Of a stretch of 52,172 nt of DNA, positions 39,798 to 49,700 are shown piece by piece; position 1 is the first letter of the stretch, and each line of letters starts with the position of its first letter. The stretch comes from Chitinivibrionales bacterium (GTDB taxonomy: Bacteria; Fibrobacterota; Chitinivibrionia; Chitinivibrionales; WJKA01): assembly GCA_038247415.1 (NCBI GenBank), contig JBBRUX010000027.1:1-52172 (forward strand), written 5' to 3'. The translations under genes were made by a program, and so were the position numbers. A model generated the notes under the pieces. That model made no database searches and had not been told where the DNA came from. It saw only the letters and a list, made by a program, of their open reading frames with translations.

Positions 39798-40939
39798 ACA
39801 GAAAGGATCCTTTCGAGACGATCAATTTGCCGACAGAGACTATGCCGTGCAACCGTTTTCAAAGCACAATCAATAAGAGTATCTTTACGTAAAGTATTCT
39901 GTTCCACTAGGGGAGAACTATTTGGCAATGGCATATCGTACTCTAAGTGCATTACGTGCGATACCACCGAACGGGCATCGGCATGCGGTGCAATGCCATT
40001 AATAATAAAGCCATTTTTTTGATGCTGAATAATTTCCCGGTGTGCCGGAATATCGGAGGCAATCACAATACATCCAGCAGCCATTGCCTCGAGAATAACA
40101 AATGGATGCCCACCCTCAAAGCGTGAAGTAGCAAGCAAATACGTTGCTTTCGTGTACCACGTTTCCATGGTTGCAAAAGATTGCGCCTCAATAAGAGTTA
40201 TGGCGTCAATTGCTCGGGAGTGCCCTGCAATTTCTTGCGAGAGTAACGATTGTGGACAGCCAATCAGCAAGAGCCTCGCCAACGGTAATTCTTCGTGAAT
40301 ATGAGCAAAGAGAGCAATTGCATACGAAATATTCTTTTTCCACGTAGTACTCCCAACGCACAAAAAAACCGGATTTTCTTTTGCTAGAGTAGCCCCGCTT
40401 TGCAGGCGATAATTATTCTTGAGTATTCCATTGGGAAAATACCGTAATCGAGATTTACACTGAGGATATTTTTGTGCAAGGTAGCGCATTTCTGAAAATG
40501 TCCCACACAAGCATGCGTCAACATTCTTTACCAAAAAGCGCAATACGGGGAAACGAATGAGATGCGCTTTCCATGTGGTTGGATTTTGCACAATAAAATT
40601 GGGTAGTCGCGCCTCGAGGGCATAGGCCATTTCTTCCCACCCATGACTGTGCAATGCAATTCGCGTATTTTTACAAAACACCCGTGCAACTAACAAAGCA
40701 AAAAAAGTATCGGTAGAACGACCAATAATCCAGGAAGGCTTAGCAGATCCTGCTACACAGAGGCGCATAGCAAGGAACAGCGAAAAGAGCAGGTAGTTGT
40801 GCACAAGTGCCCTAGAAGGCGCATATATCAACCGTATGTGATGACCTCGATCTTCTAATTCCCGCGCCATGTTACACATGCTGCGGCCAACGCCTCCAGC
40901 AACCACGGGGTTAATTGCTCCTGCAATCCATATGTTCAT
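39794..40939 (-). CDS. Glycosyltransferase family 4
   Basis: GGVG...RGH, PNG and SRFEGGHPFVILEAMA motifs. Confidence 0.85.
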   Translation of the reverse strand: MNIWIAGAINPVVAGGVGRSMCNMARELEDRGHHIRLIYAPSRALVHNYLLFSLFLAMRLCVAGSAKPSWIIGRSTDTFFALLVARVFCKNTRIALHSHGWEEMAYALEARLPNFIVQNPTTWKAHLIRFPVLRFLVKNVDACLCGTFSEMRYLAQKYPQCKSRLRYFPNGILKNNYRLQSGATLAKENPVFLCVGSTTWKKNISYAIALFAHIHEELPLARLLLIGCPQSLLSQEIAGHSRAIDAITLIEAQSFATMETWYTKATYLLATSRFEGGHPFVILEAMAAGCIVIASDIPAHREIIQHQKNGFIINGIAPHADARSVVSHVMHLEYDMPLPNSSPLVEQNTLRKDTLIDCALKTVARHSLCRQIDRLERILSV

Positions 40940-42708
40940 TGTGCAACTACCGAACTAGTAAAAGTATCCCATGTACCTGCATAGCTCTTGATACTGTCAA
41001 ATACTTTGTAAAGCGACTCGAATTTATCATACTCCCACTCATAGGGCGCGTGAAACGTGCAACAATTTACTCCCGATATCGTGCATGCATTTTCTAGCAA
41101 TCCATTACAGAGCAAGTCTTTAGCCTTTCCATACCACGGCGAAAGAGAGGGAACATACCAGCCCCCGCTAACAAGCTGCACGGGTAAGCCAATTCCGTCT
41201 GTAAACCTCACCGTTTCTGGCCCACCACATACTATAGGAAATATACGCGATAGATAAAGAATATGCTCAGATCCTAAGCCATTAAAGGGAGGTATAAATG
41301 CTTTTGGATGGAGGTGCTTGGGAAATTCTCGTAAGCAGGAATCTATTGCCGTATGCAACAAAGGGAAAGTATACGATGAAATCTCATTCATAAAAGGACC
41401 AAACATTCCCTCATGATTAAAACCATGAAGTCCTAGAGTCCCACGAGCTTGTATAAGAGCCTCACATACCAAAATTGCCCCAGGATTAGAAAAATACTTT
41501 CCTGGGAGTGCTCCTAAAACAGGGATTCCCGCATGTTTAAAAAGAGTAGCATAGCGCGCACAGTCTTCGTTCGAATCCAAAAAAATATCATCGAGCCTTA
41601 CAAAAAATTGTGCTCTACCTCCAACTCTTTTCTTCGCAATCCTTGTGCTTGCGCGCACTGCCGAGTATACCGGTGCATGAAAGAGAGGAAACGTGAGTGA
41701 TTTAAAAGCCGATGGCTTTACCGTCCAATCAACGATAGTGCTTTTTGGAGTAGCGTACCATTGTTTAGTGTGGGCCACATCGATATGCCGATACAATGCA
41801 TGACCTCCCGTAAATAGAGCGCGCATAAGCTTGGGCACGCATGCCCATGCGGTAACCTGTTCGAGTATTGAAGCCACAAAAAAAGTTACCGCTTGAAGTG
41901 GATGAGCACTGAGTTGACGAAACGATCTCCTGCGAAATGATGTGAATGTATGCTTTAGGAGTATGTCAGCATAAGTAAATAAAAAATGACGTCGGTAGCG
42001 AAACTGATGATACCGATCGGGATGGCGCATAAAGAAATAGCACTCACTATGAAGCAAATGTCTCATGTTTCTCGAAGCACTACTCAGCATACGAAAAAAA
42101 TCAAAGCGTCGGCTTTGATGCCTTACCAATAACTGCTTACAAAAAGGTATTTCTCCCCAAGATAGTATGCGCGCTGCAAATTCATGATCCTCACAAAAAA
42201 GGCCATATTTTTCAAACGCAGTATCAAAGCCACCCAATCGCTCAAAAATATCTTTTTTGTAAATCATATGACAGGTTAAATAAGCCTTGCCGTTTTTATT
42301 GCTCACCTCTTCATCCCACACGCCATTACCCAGAGCTTCAACCGCGCCTTCAAAGCCTACACACTCTGCAAGTTTTGGATTCTGCATAATTGACACCATC
42401 GTTGTAAGCCAATGTGCAGACACTATCACATCATCATCCAAAAAAGCAAGCCATTCCCCCAAAGCCTTTGTGGCACCAGCATTACGCGCACACGCAACAC
42501 CCCGATTCATCGGCTGCTCTACAAGTGTGCATCCTGGTTTATTGCAGAGATGTCTCAACTCACCCTTGTACTTTACATGCGAGCAGTCATCTACCACCGT
42601 TATATCTGCATAGGCGCAAAGATTTTGTTGCGCATACAATGAATCGAGACAGTGCTTGAGCTCATGCGGTCTGTTACACGTAGGTATAATGATAGAAAAT
42701 AATGGCAT
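40936..42708 (-). CDS. GT2 glycosyltransferase fused to a polysaccharide deacetylase-like (NodB/DUF2334-like) domain
   Basis: N-terminal SIIIPTCNR, VVDD, ARN, FLDDD, GGFD and ED motifs; C-terminal VRLDD, LHGFNH, FIPPFN and TFH motifs. Confidence 0.8.
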   Translation of the reverse strand: MPLFSIIIPTCNRPHELKHCLDSLYAQQNLCAYADITVVDDCSHVKYKGELRHLCNKPGCTLVEQPMNRGVACARNAGATKALGEWLAFLDDDVIVSAHWLTTMVSIMQNPKLAECVGFEGAVEALGNGVWDEEVSNKNGKAYLTCHMIYKKDIFERLGGFDTAFEKYGLFCEDHEFAARILSWGEIPFCKQLLVRHQSRRFDFFRMLSSASRNMRHLLHSECYFFMRHPDRYHQFRYRRHFLFTYADILLKHTFTSFRRRSFRQLSAHPLQAVTFFVASILEQVTAWACVPKLMRALFTGGHALYRHIDVAHTKQWYATPKSTIVDWTVKPSAFKSLTFPLFHAPVYSAVRASTRIAKKRVGGRAQFFVRLDDIFLDSNEDCARYATLFKHAGIPVLGALPGKYFSNPGAILVCEALIQARGTLGLHGFNHEGMFGPFMNEISSYTFPLLHTAIDSCLREFPKHLHPKAFIPPFNGLGSEHILYLSRIFPIVCGGPETVRFTDGIGLPVQLVSGGWYVPSLSPWYGKAKDLLCNGLLENACTISGVNCCTFHAPYEWEYDKFESLYKVFDSIKSYAGTWDTFTSSVVAQ

Positions 42709-42721
42709 AATTACAGTATTC

Positions 42722-43795
42722 TTACGGCTCGAGTGTTTTATATATTTCCCACACCGCAAAACTGGAATCGTGAGATAGTGCCCGGTAGCGGTTCCCCGCT
42801 TCAAACGACCGTTTACTCCACGCCTCAGTTTCAGAAAGCACTTTACGCAATGCAGTTGCAATGGTTGCAGTGTCAAGAGGATTGCAATAAACTCCCCCTC
42901 CTCCAACAATCTCCGAGAAAGCGGGAATTTGGGCAACTACAAGCGGACAAGCATACGCAAATGCATCGAGAACGGGCAGTCCTAGCCCTTCACGCAGCGA
43001 ACAAGCCATATATGCAGCCGCAGTTGGCAGGAGCTTAAAAAAAGTATCGATACTCGCGCGCTCTACTCCTTGGGCGCTCTCTACCCACTCTTGCTCGTCT
43101 TCGTCCAGATCCCCGCACACAACAATTTGCAATCGTGTATATGACGTTTTTGCAAGGGCATACGCTTCTAGTACGCGCTTTAGATTTTTATTTGGCGCTC
43201 CGCCTAAAGCAAGAATTACAGGGCTTCTTTTTGCAAAGAGTGGCATAGAATAGATCTTGCTAAGGGGAACATAGACCGTTGTAATGCGATCTGCTCTATT
43301 TGGAACTAACGTGCTGATATCACTTCTTACCGATTCAGAAATACTTATAATGTGATCAACCGTAAGGAGTGCCTTGATTTGTATTTTCCAGAAAAGACTT
43401 TTTCGGCGTGATGCCAAAAACGGTATTTCATGCCACAGCGCAACACCCACATCATACACAGTTGCAACACTTTTGCTTCTATGCCACAAGGGAAGCCCGC
43501 TACCTGTGAGCGGGCCCATTGCAGCCCAATAATGCACCAAATCGCATTTGTAAAAAAGCTCTATAAGTGGCAACAAAAAACAATCGAGTTTCCAAGACCG
43601 AGGACGATACGAGATCCACCTATTCTTCCACAACGACCATGCCTTTGGAGCATCCGATTTAATGCCTAGAAAAATTACCGTTTGGTTTTTAGGCATTCTT
43701 GCATAGGCAGATTCTATCATCCGTATAGCATGTACGCCAATTCCTCGCGTTGCATAGTTGGTAGACAAAAAGCGCACATCCCAGAGTATTTTCAT
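42722..43795 (-). CDS. Glycosyltransferase family 4 (mannosyltransferase-like)
   Basis: GIG, TVYD, SIS, PNKN and EGLGLPVLDA motifs. Confidence 0.85.
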   Translation of the reverse strand: MKILWDVRFLSTNYATRGIGVHAIRMIESAYARMPKNQTVIFLGIKSDAPKAWSLWKNRWISYRPRSWKLDCFLLPLIELFYKCDLVHYWAAMGPLTGSGLPLWHRSKSVATVYDVGVALWHEIPFLASRRKSLFWKIQIKALLTVDHIISISESVRSDISTLVPNRADRITTVYVPLSKIYSMPLFAKRSPVILALGGAPNKNLKRVLEAYALAKTSYTRLQIVVCGDLDEDEQEWVESAQGVERASIDTFFKLLPTAAAYMACSLREGLGLPVLDAFAYACPLVVAQIPAFSEIVGGGGVYCNPLDTATIATALRKVLSETEAWSKRSFEAGNRYRALSHDSSFAVWEIYKTLEP

Positions 43796-44898
43796 ACAGA
43801 TCCCATATGCTTATAGATCGATAGCAATTCATTGCCCATCGCCTGATACGAGTGCGTTGCCCCATACGAGAGCGCATTCGACGAGAGTATCGTACGCACT
43901 TTGTAGTCTTTACATAAAGATACGATAGTCTCCATGATCTTTTCCGGTTCGTGTGTAACGAGTACCATTGATTTTGTTTTTTCTGCAAGGTGCTTAGTTA
44001 GCGGAATTGTGGATGCAACAATAGGCAACCCACTTCCCAGCGCTGCTGCAAGTGATCCCGAAGAACTTCGTGATTTAAAGAGCGCCACACATATATCGAG
44101 GTTTGACAATTGGCGATCCCTGTTTGCATCTTCTTGCCATCCGGTTATAGTAATTCGGTCTTCAAGACCGTGCGTCTTAATTGCATAAATAAATTTATCT
44201 TGCGCCTGTGGATCGGCCTTTGGCCGAGGTCCACCAATCCAGGTAAACGTCCACGGTATGTCTAGTAGTACCAGGCTTCGACACAATAAATCATAGTCGT
44301 ACGTTGCAGTTAAAAAGCCTACAGCTCCAAGACGCACAACATCTATACCATTACGCGGACTTTTCTTAACCGCATTGCTTGGTATCCCATGAGCAACTAC
44401 CTTTATATCTTGTAAAGGAATTCCCATATTTACAAGTTGGCCTTGTTGAAAATCATAATGAACAATCAGATTATTGCAGCCAAATTTGTGTTTTACAATA
44501 GATGTTAGCGCCACTTGCGCAGGATGTTGATAATCGTAGAGCTTCTGCTTAGCCCACAGCACAAACCCACGACCCCGCAAAGCCGTTCTAGAATAGATAC
44601 CGGGAATCTGATCGTATACTTCATGAATCGTAATACACACAGGTTTACGCAAACTCTTTATAAGCGCCAAAAAGAATTCTTTTTCCTTATACATAAAAAG
44701 CGAAATTTCAAAGTTGATATGCACTACGTCAACGTCGTGCAAAGCCTTAATCCACTGCTTTTTATTATGTATAAAATCCAATGGATCCAGCACCACCACC
44801 CGGCACTCACGCTCTAACGTTGCCAGTGCATTTTTCGCATACAGCGCAATCCCGCATTCTTTTTTCTGCGGAAATATCCATGCTACCGATAACGGCAT
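43792..44898 (-). CDS. Glycosyltransferase family 4
   Basis: CGIALYA, TIHE, HGIP and SSSGSL..ALGSGLPIVAS motifs; ATG 44898. Confidence 0.8.
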   Translation of the reverse strand: MPLSVAWIFPQKKECGIALYAKNALATLERECRVVVLDPLDFIHNKKQWIKALHDVDVVHINFEISLFMYKEKEFFLALIKSLRKPVCITIHEVYDQIPGIYSRTALRGRGFVLWAKQKLYDYQHPAQVALTSIVKHKFGCNNLIVHYDFQQGQLVNMGIPLQDIKVVAHGIPSNAVKKSPRNGIDVVRLGAVGFLTATYDYDLLCRSLVLLDIPWTFTWIGGPRPKADPQAQDKFIYAIKTHGLEDRITITGWQEDANRDRQLSNLDICVALFKSRSSSGSLAAALGSGLPIVASTIPLTKHLAEKTKSMVLVTHEPEKIMETIVSLCKDYKVRTILSSNALSYGATHSYQAMGNELLSIYKHMGSV

Positions 44899-45208
44899 AG
44901 TTTTAATCATCCACTTTTTGTGTTTCTTGGGAGGAATATCCCACATTAAACTGTATCATGCGGGAGTAAGATGCGCAAGATCAAAGAGTTAGAAAGGAAA
45001 GGGGATTTTTTGAAGCTTTTTTAGATTGAAAATTCAAAGGCACAAACTGCGTTATGATAGTTCTTATTCCATAAGTCGCCACCGGCTTCATTCAGGATCT
45101 TTTCCTGTACCCTATGTTTCTCTCTAACAATCGGATCATCATATTTGCAGCGACGACGGCTGCCTTCTCCCTTATAATCATGCAGTTCTTGGGCGTACCA
45201 TTTACTAC

Positions 45209-45289
45209 AACAAGTAAATATTTTGCTTTATTTACGTTTAAATAATCGATAAACTCTTTGAAGTCGTCCGGTAGTGGCCTTCGTGCTAT
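45209..45289 (-). pseudogene. 5' remnant of a nucleotidyltransferase paralogous to 494-997
   Basis: Reads (ATA)ARRPLPDDFKEFIDYLNVNKAKYLLV versus MAQRPLPEDFRDFIELLNSNKVEYILI. ATA replaces the ATG and homology stops before the GG motif. Confidence 0.8.
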
Positions 45290-45425
45290 AAAAACACTCC
45301 CTTAAGTAAGTGATCGTTTTACATTTTTTTTCGTACCCAGCTTCATTCAAGAAATCCATTTCTTTTTGTTCATGTTCCTCCGGTGATCCAAATGAAACCG
45401 CGGTTCTATCCATCCTTTCACGCAT
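45228..45425 (-). CDS. Small (65 aa) paralog of the 370-555 putative antitoxin
   Basis: GGAG RBS; MDRTAV...YEKK...ITYLRE..Y..KATTGRLQRVYRLFKRK aligns with the left-end protein. Confidence 0.75.
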   Translation of the reverse strand: MRERMDRTAVSFGSPEEHEQKEMDFLNEAGYEKKCKTITYLRECFYSTKATTGRLQRVYRLFKRK

Positions 45426-45543
45426 TTTTTTTCTCCGTATTCATGGATAATACCACTATTGCACCAATTTCACGCATGCACATAAGAAAGGGGGCGCCAG
45501 CAATACGGGTCAAATGCAACGCAACCCGAAATCTCTTCTCATC

Positions 45544-46680
45544 TTAAATTATTTCTCTCACTATCCAATGTTTGAATAAAGGATTAACAAAAGCGATAAT
45601 ACCCGTTGGTAATTTTCTAAGATACTCTAAATCAAGCAATTTTTTAAACGCCTTCTGAACTGACGAAGCCGATCCAAGATCATGCATTAAGAGATATTCT
45701 TTTTCGTAAATATTGGTTGGCGTATCCCCTGCAATAGCTTTAAGCAGATGTCGTTCAATAATTGTTATTCTCTCCCAAAGCTGGGCCATCATACCCGAAT
45801 CGCGACCAAGAATTTCGTTGAGCACTGCATCTAAAATACTCTCATTAAGCTTTACATTGTTTTGTTTTGCATACACCCACAAATAATGACAGTACATTTG
45901 TGTATAAAACGGATGATTCTCGGTACGCGCAACAATCTCATTAACAATCTCTGCAGAACACATTCTTCCCATATTTTTTTGAATGAATTTTTTCCAATGC
46001 TCTGTAGAAATCACATCAAGATCAAAATGCCTCCCAAAATTATAAAAAGGTCGACTTTTATCCTTAAAGATATTTTTCAATAGATTTTGTTTACTTCCAA
46101 GGAAGGCATATGAGACATGCTTATGATGCTGAAAAGAAGACCGCATTTCCCGTTCTATCAATTCACCATCTTTAATAGAAGTAGCTTCTTGAAACTCATC
46201 AAAAATAACAACTCCTTTTTTCTTCTTTTTCTCGCAATATTTCTCAAGCGATGAAAAGAGCTCGTGAAGCGTTTCTGATTTTATTAATACAGGAATAGGG
46301 ACAGATATTTCAACAGACGGGGTCCCTGGGCCAGCAAAAACAATGCGCGGGTTAATCGTAGGAAGAAGGGTTTGAAGCGTTTTCACTAATGCGGTTATCG
46401 GGCTTTGAATAGTAGTTATAATAGAAGTAGCGTAAATGTTGTATAAATCTTGCAAGGACGTAACTCGGTAAAGATCAATAAAAAAAACGAGTGCGCCTTT
46501 ATTCTCAAGGTTCTTTTTGACTTGCATCATCATCGAGGTTTTGCCGTATCGTCGGGGAGAGTAACATATGATATTCTGCCCCGACACAAGAGCCTGCGTA
46601 AGAGATGCTGTTTCTTCCTCCCTATTGAGGAAATCGTCGCCTGAAACAACTTTTCCAAAAATGAAAGGGATCCGTTTCAT
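45544..46680 (-). CDS. AAA/STAND-like ATPase (archaeal ATPase_2 family) with a C-terminal winged helix
   Basis: PF.FG...F..RE.E, Walker A SPRRYGKT, Walker B VVIFDEFQ, HPFYTQ and NPLFKHW motifs. Confidence 0.85.
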   Translation of the reverse strand: MKRIPFIFGKVVSGDDFLNREEETASLTQALVSGQNIICYSPRRYGKTSMMMQVKKNLENKGALVFFIDLYRVTSLQDLYNIYATSIITTIQSPITALVKTLQTLLPTINPRIVFAGPGTPSVEISVPIPVLIKSETLHELFSSLEKYCEKKKKKGVVIFDEFQEATSIKDGELIEREMRSSFQHHKHVSYAFLGSKQNLLKNIFKDKSRPFYNFGRHFDLDVISTEHWKKFIQKNMGRMCSAEIVNEIVARTENHPFYTQMYCHYLWVYAKQNNVKLNESILDAVLNEILGRDSGMMAQLWERITIIERHLLKAIAGDTPTNIYEKEYLLMHDLGSASSVQKAFKKLLDLEYLRKLPTGIIAFVNPLFKHWIVREII

Positions 46681-46692
46681 AACTTGTTCTCC

Positions 46693-46748
46693 ATTATCCG
46701 TTTTGGATTATCCATATTATTGATAATATATTATCTGAAACGGATAAT
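46693..46748. promoter_or_regulatory. Palindromic operator-like site upstream of the AAA ATPase
   Basis: ATTATCCGTTT (46693-46703)/AAACGGATAAT (46738-46748), with further ATTATC/GATAAT half-sites inside. Confidence 0.55.
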
Positions 46749-46776
46749 CAAAGAAATATCTGATTGCTTGATTTTT

Positions 46777-49700
46777 TTAATTGCTCTGCGCACTAGGCAG
46801 ATCAGATGCCGAGGCTAAAGCAGACTGTTTTGGAAAGGAGATTCTGAAGAAATTACCATTTGAGGCAGGATCTACCCAGATTTTGCCCTTATGAGCATTC
46901 ATGGCCATGCGACAGAAAAAGAGCCCTAGGCCTTTAGAATAGGCCGATTGTTGTTCATCAATGCGCGAGTACTTTTCGAAGATTCGTTCGCCAAATTCTT
47001 TTGGAATAGGTGCACCTGATGTAAAGAGAGAGAGCACCGTTTGATCCTGCTCCATGCATGCAGAAAAAACAACAGTCCCTCCATCGGGGGTATATTTTGC
47101 AGCGTTATTAAAGAGGTTTTGCAGCACTCTTTCCAATAGGTATTCATCGGCTAAAAACAAATCTGGCGCCATTGTTTTATCGCATGTAACGATAAGATCT
47201 TTTTCCGAAAATAGTGGATTTCGAGCGAGTTTTTCGTAGGTTCTATATAACCAATCAACGGTAACGGGTGTGCCCTTGGCTACAAACTTTCCCTCATCCA
47301 TGCGCGCTATATCAAGCATATTAACGGATAATCCTGTTACATCGGCGCATGCATCATTCGCATGCCGAATAACATCATGATACTTTTCGGGAATTTGTAT
47401 GCGCATAAGAAGCTGGAGCGTTCCGCTAATTCCCATAGTGGCATTTTTAATATCATGAACAATCATATTGGTTAAAATTGTTTTGATGCGTTCAGATTCC
47501 AAGAGCTTGACGGTATTCTTTTCGAGCTCATGATTCTTCTCGGTAAGAGCTTTTGTTTGACCATGCACCGTGCGCTCTAAATTTTCTGCCAACCCACGAT
47601 ACCGCGCTATAAGGCGGGCATTCTCGATAAGAATAGCAGCTTGAACGGCCAGTACCAGTGCAAATTGTTGCGATCCTTCTGTAAACATTCCAGACACAGC
47701 ATCATTTACTAAATACACACAACCCAAATAGCATCCACTTTTCATAAGTGGTACGCACAACACCGATTGTTGACGTTTTGCAGTATTTATATCTGCGAAA
47801 TCGCTTTCGATTTCTAAGATGGGCACACCATTTTTAACACGATCGAGTATCGATTGCGCAAAAAGAAGTTCTTTGGTTGGCAAAATTTTGCCCTCATAAT
47901 CCATCGACAAATCGTATTGGGAGGCTGCATCGCTCTGCTCAAGCAGAAGCGAACCAAACCGGGCGCCGGTAACTTTCATTTGCGCCAAAAGAATGCGATT
48001 AAAAAGTTCATCGAGATTTTCTGCTGTGCTAAGGGTCGCGCTGAGTTCGTGTAAAATATCAATGCGGATTTTGTCTATTTCGGAATCCATCGAGAAGGTT
48101 GTCGAATGCTCTAGTGCCGAAGAGGGCTTTGCCGGAGCAAGATCTTGTACACCTTTTTTATTGATTGTAGCAGCATCTACAAACCCGGAAATCCGAGAAG
48201 ACTCTAGATGCGCCCCGCACTTTTCGAAAAGAAGGTAGGCCTTATTGAAACGCTCCCGAGCCTGGCCGGGGATATTCCAGCGTTCGAGGAATCGAGCGTG
48301 ATCACGGAGGGATTTTGCCTCCTCATACCGCATCTCCAGGTCGTGATGGGCCACAACAGCTCGGTCAAAGAGCCGGTGTGCTTTACTCTTGCGACCCGAG
48401 AGCGCAACCCAGAGCGCCCGGCAGCGCAAGTATGCGCCACGATGAGCAGGGTAGGAGAGCGTGCAGAAGCCAAGGTAGAGTAGGGATGCCTTGAAAAGCA
48501 GTCCAAGCTTGATATTAGAATAAGGAAGCTCTTTCTGGCCGCTCTGGCGTTTTTCCCGCTCGGAAGCAAGGATTTCGCAGGCCTGGACAAAGAAGCAGAC
48601 GAGATATTCGGAATTGAAGCCTTTGAGGAGCATGTCGGAGAGAAGGGATCCTGTCCGCTTGAGTGCGGAGAGAGGCCGGTTTTGAAGAATGTCTATCTCA
48701 TTTGTATACGCTGCCACATGCGTATGCGTGAGAAATGAGGTGCTGCGTGAAAGAATGTTGTTGACTTCGTTGAGTTCTTGCTGGTTGACTGGTTTGCCCT
48801 GGAGGACGGAGAGGTAGTTTTGCGCTGCGAGCGTGGCGATGAGAAAGTGCTGTTCGTTGGTTTGACGGCAGAGGGAGAGGGTGCGATTTATGGAGGTACG
48901 GGCGGAACTGAGGTTGCCTTGCATGAGGGCGATGCGCCAGAGATGTTCGTGGTTGAGGATTGTGCCAACTGAATCACCAATAGCTTCATAGGCATTAATG
49001 GCTGCGGAACCCATTTTGATGCTTCGTTCGAATTCCGCACTAAAGTAGCAAACGATTCCCACGAAGGATTGAAAAAGTGCATCCGCATCTTTACGATTAA
49101 TTTCGGCATTGATATTTCGAATTACAGAAAAACGATGAAATGCACGATGTTTTAGCAAAAGCTGATACGATGGAACTAAATGAAGTGTGTATGCTTCTGT
49201 CTTTTCAAAAGAATTGGCCAGGCGATCTGCCAGATTGACCGCCTTTAAATTTGCAAGTAAACAACCAATCATATCATAAAAATACAGAGAAAAAGAAAGC
49301 TTGTTATATACACCGACAAGCAGTCTCAACCTAGGGTTTGATTGCTTTGGAAAAATATTGCGCAATCCTAATGAAAAGGCAGCTTGAAGCAGTATGTTGG
49401 AACCCAATTGGAAAATCAATTGAGCTTTCGTTGCTGGGAAATTATGCTTCATGAGCTCAAGTGCTTTTTTTAGCTCAATTATCGAATGATCGAAATGCCC
49501 CATGCTATGGCGAATGCTTCCAATTCTATATCTCAAATTCGCTTGTTCTTCTGGCCCCGCGCATTCGGTTACGGATAGTAATTCCGTAAACACCGTTAAT
49601 GCCTGTTCATTTCTTCCCCGTAGAATCAGTGCTTCTCCTAAAGCAATTCGAATTGCAGCCATATTCTTTCCGTCAACAATCTCCCGTCCTTTTTCACTTG

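Noticed and set aside
45495..45535. CGGGT...ACCCG hairpin as a second attC
   Set aside because: The stem is short and lacks properly placed AAC/GTT ends.
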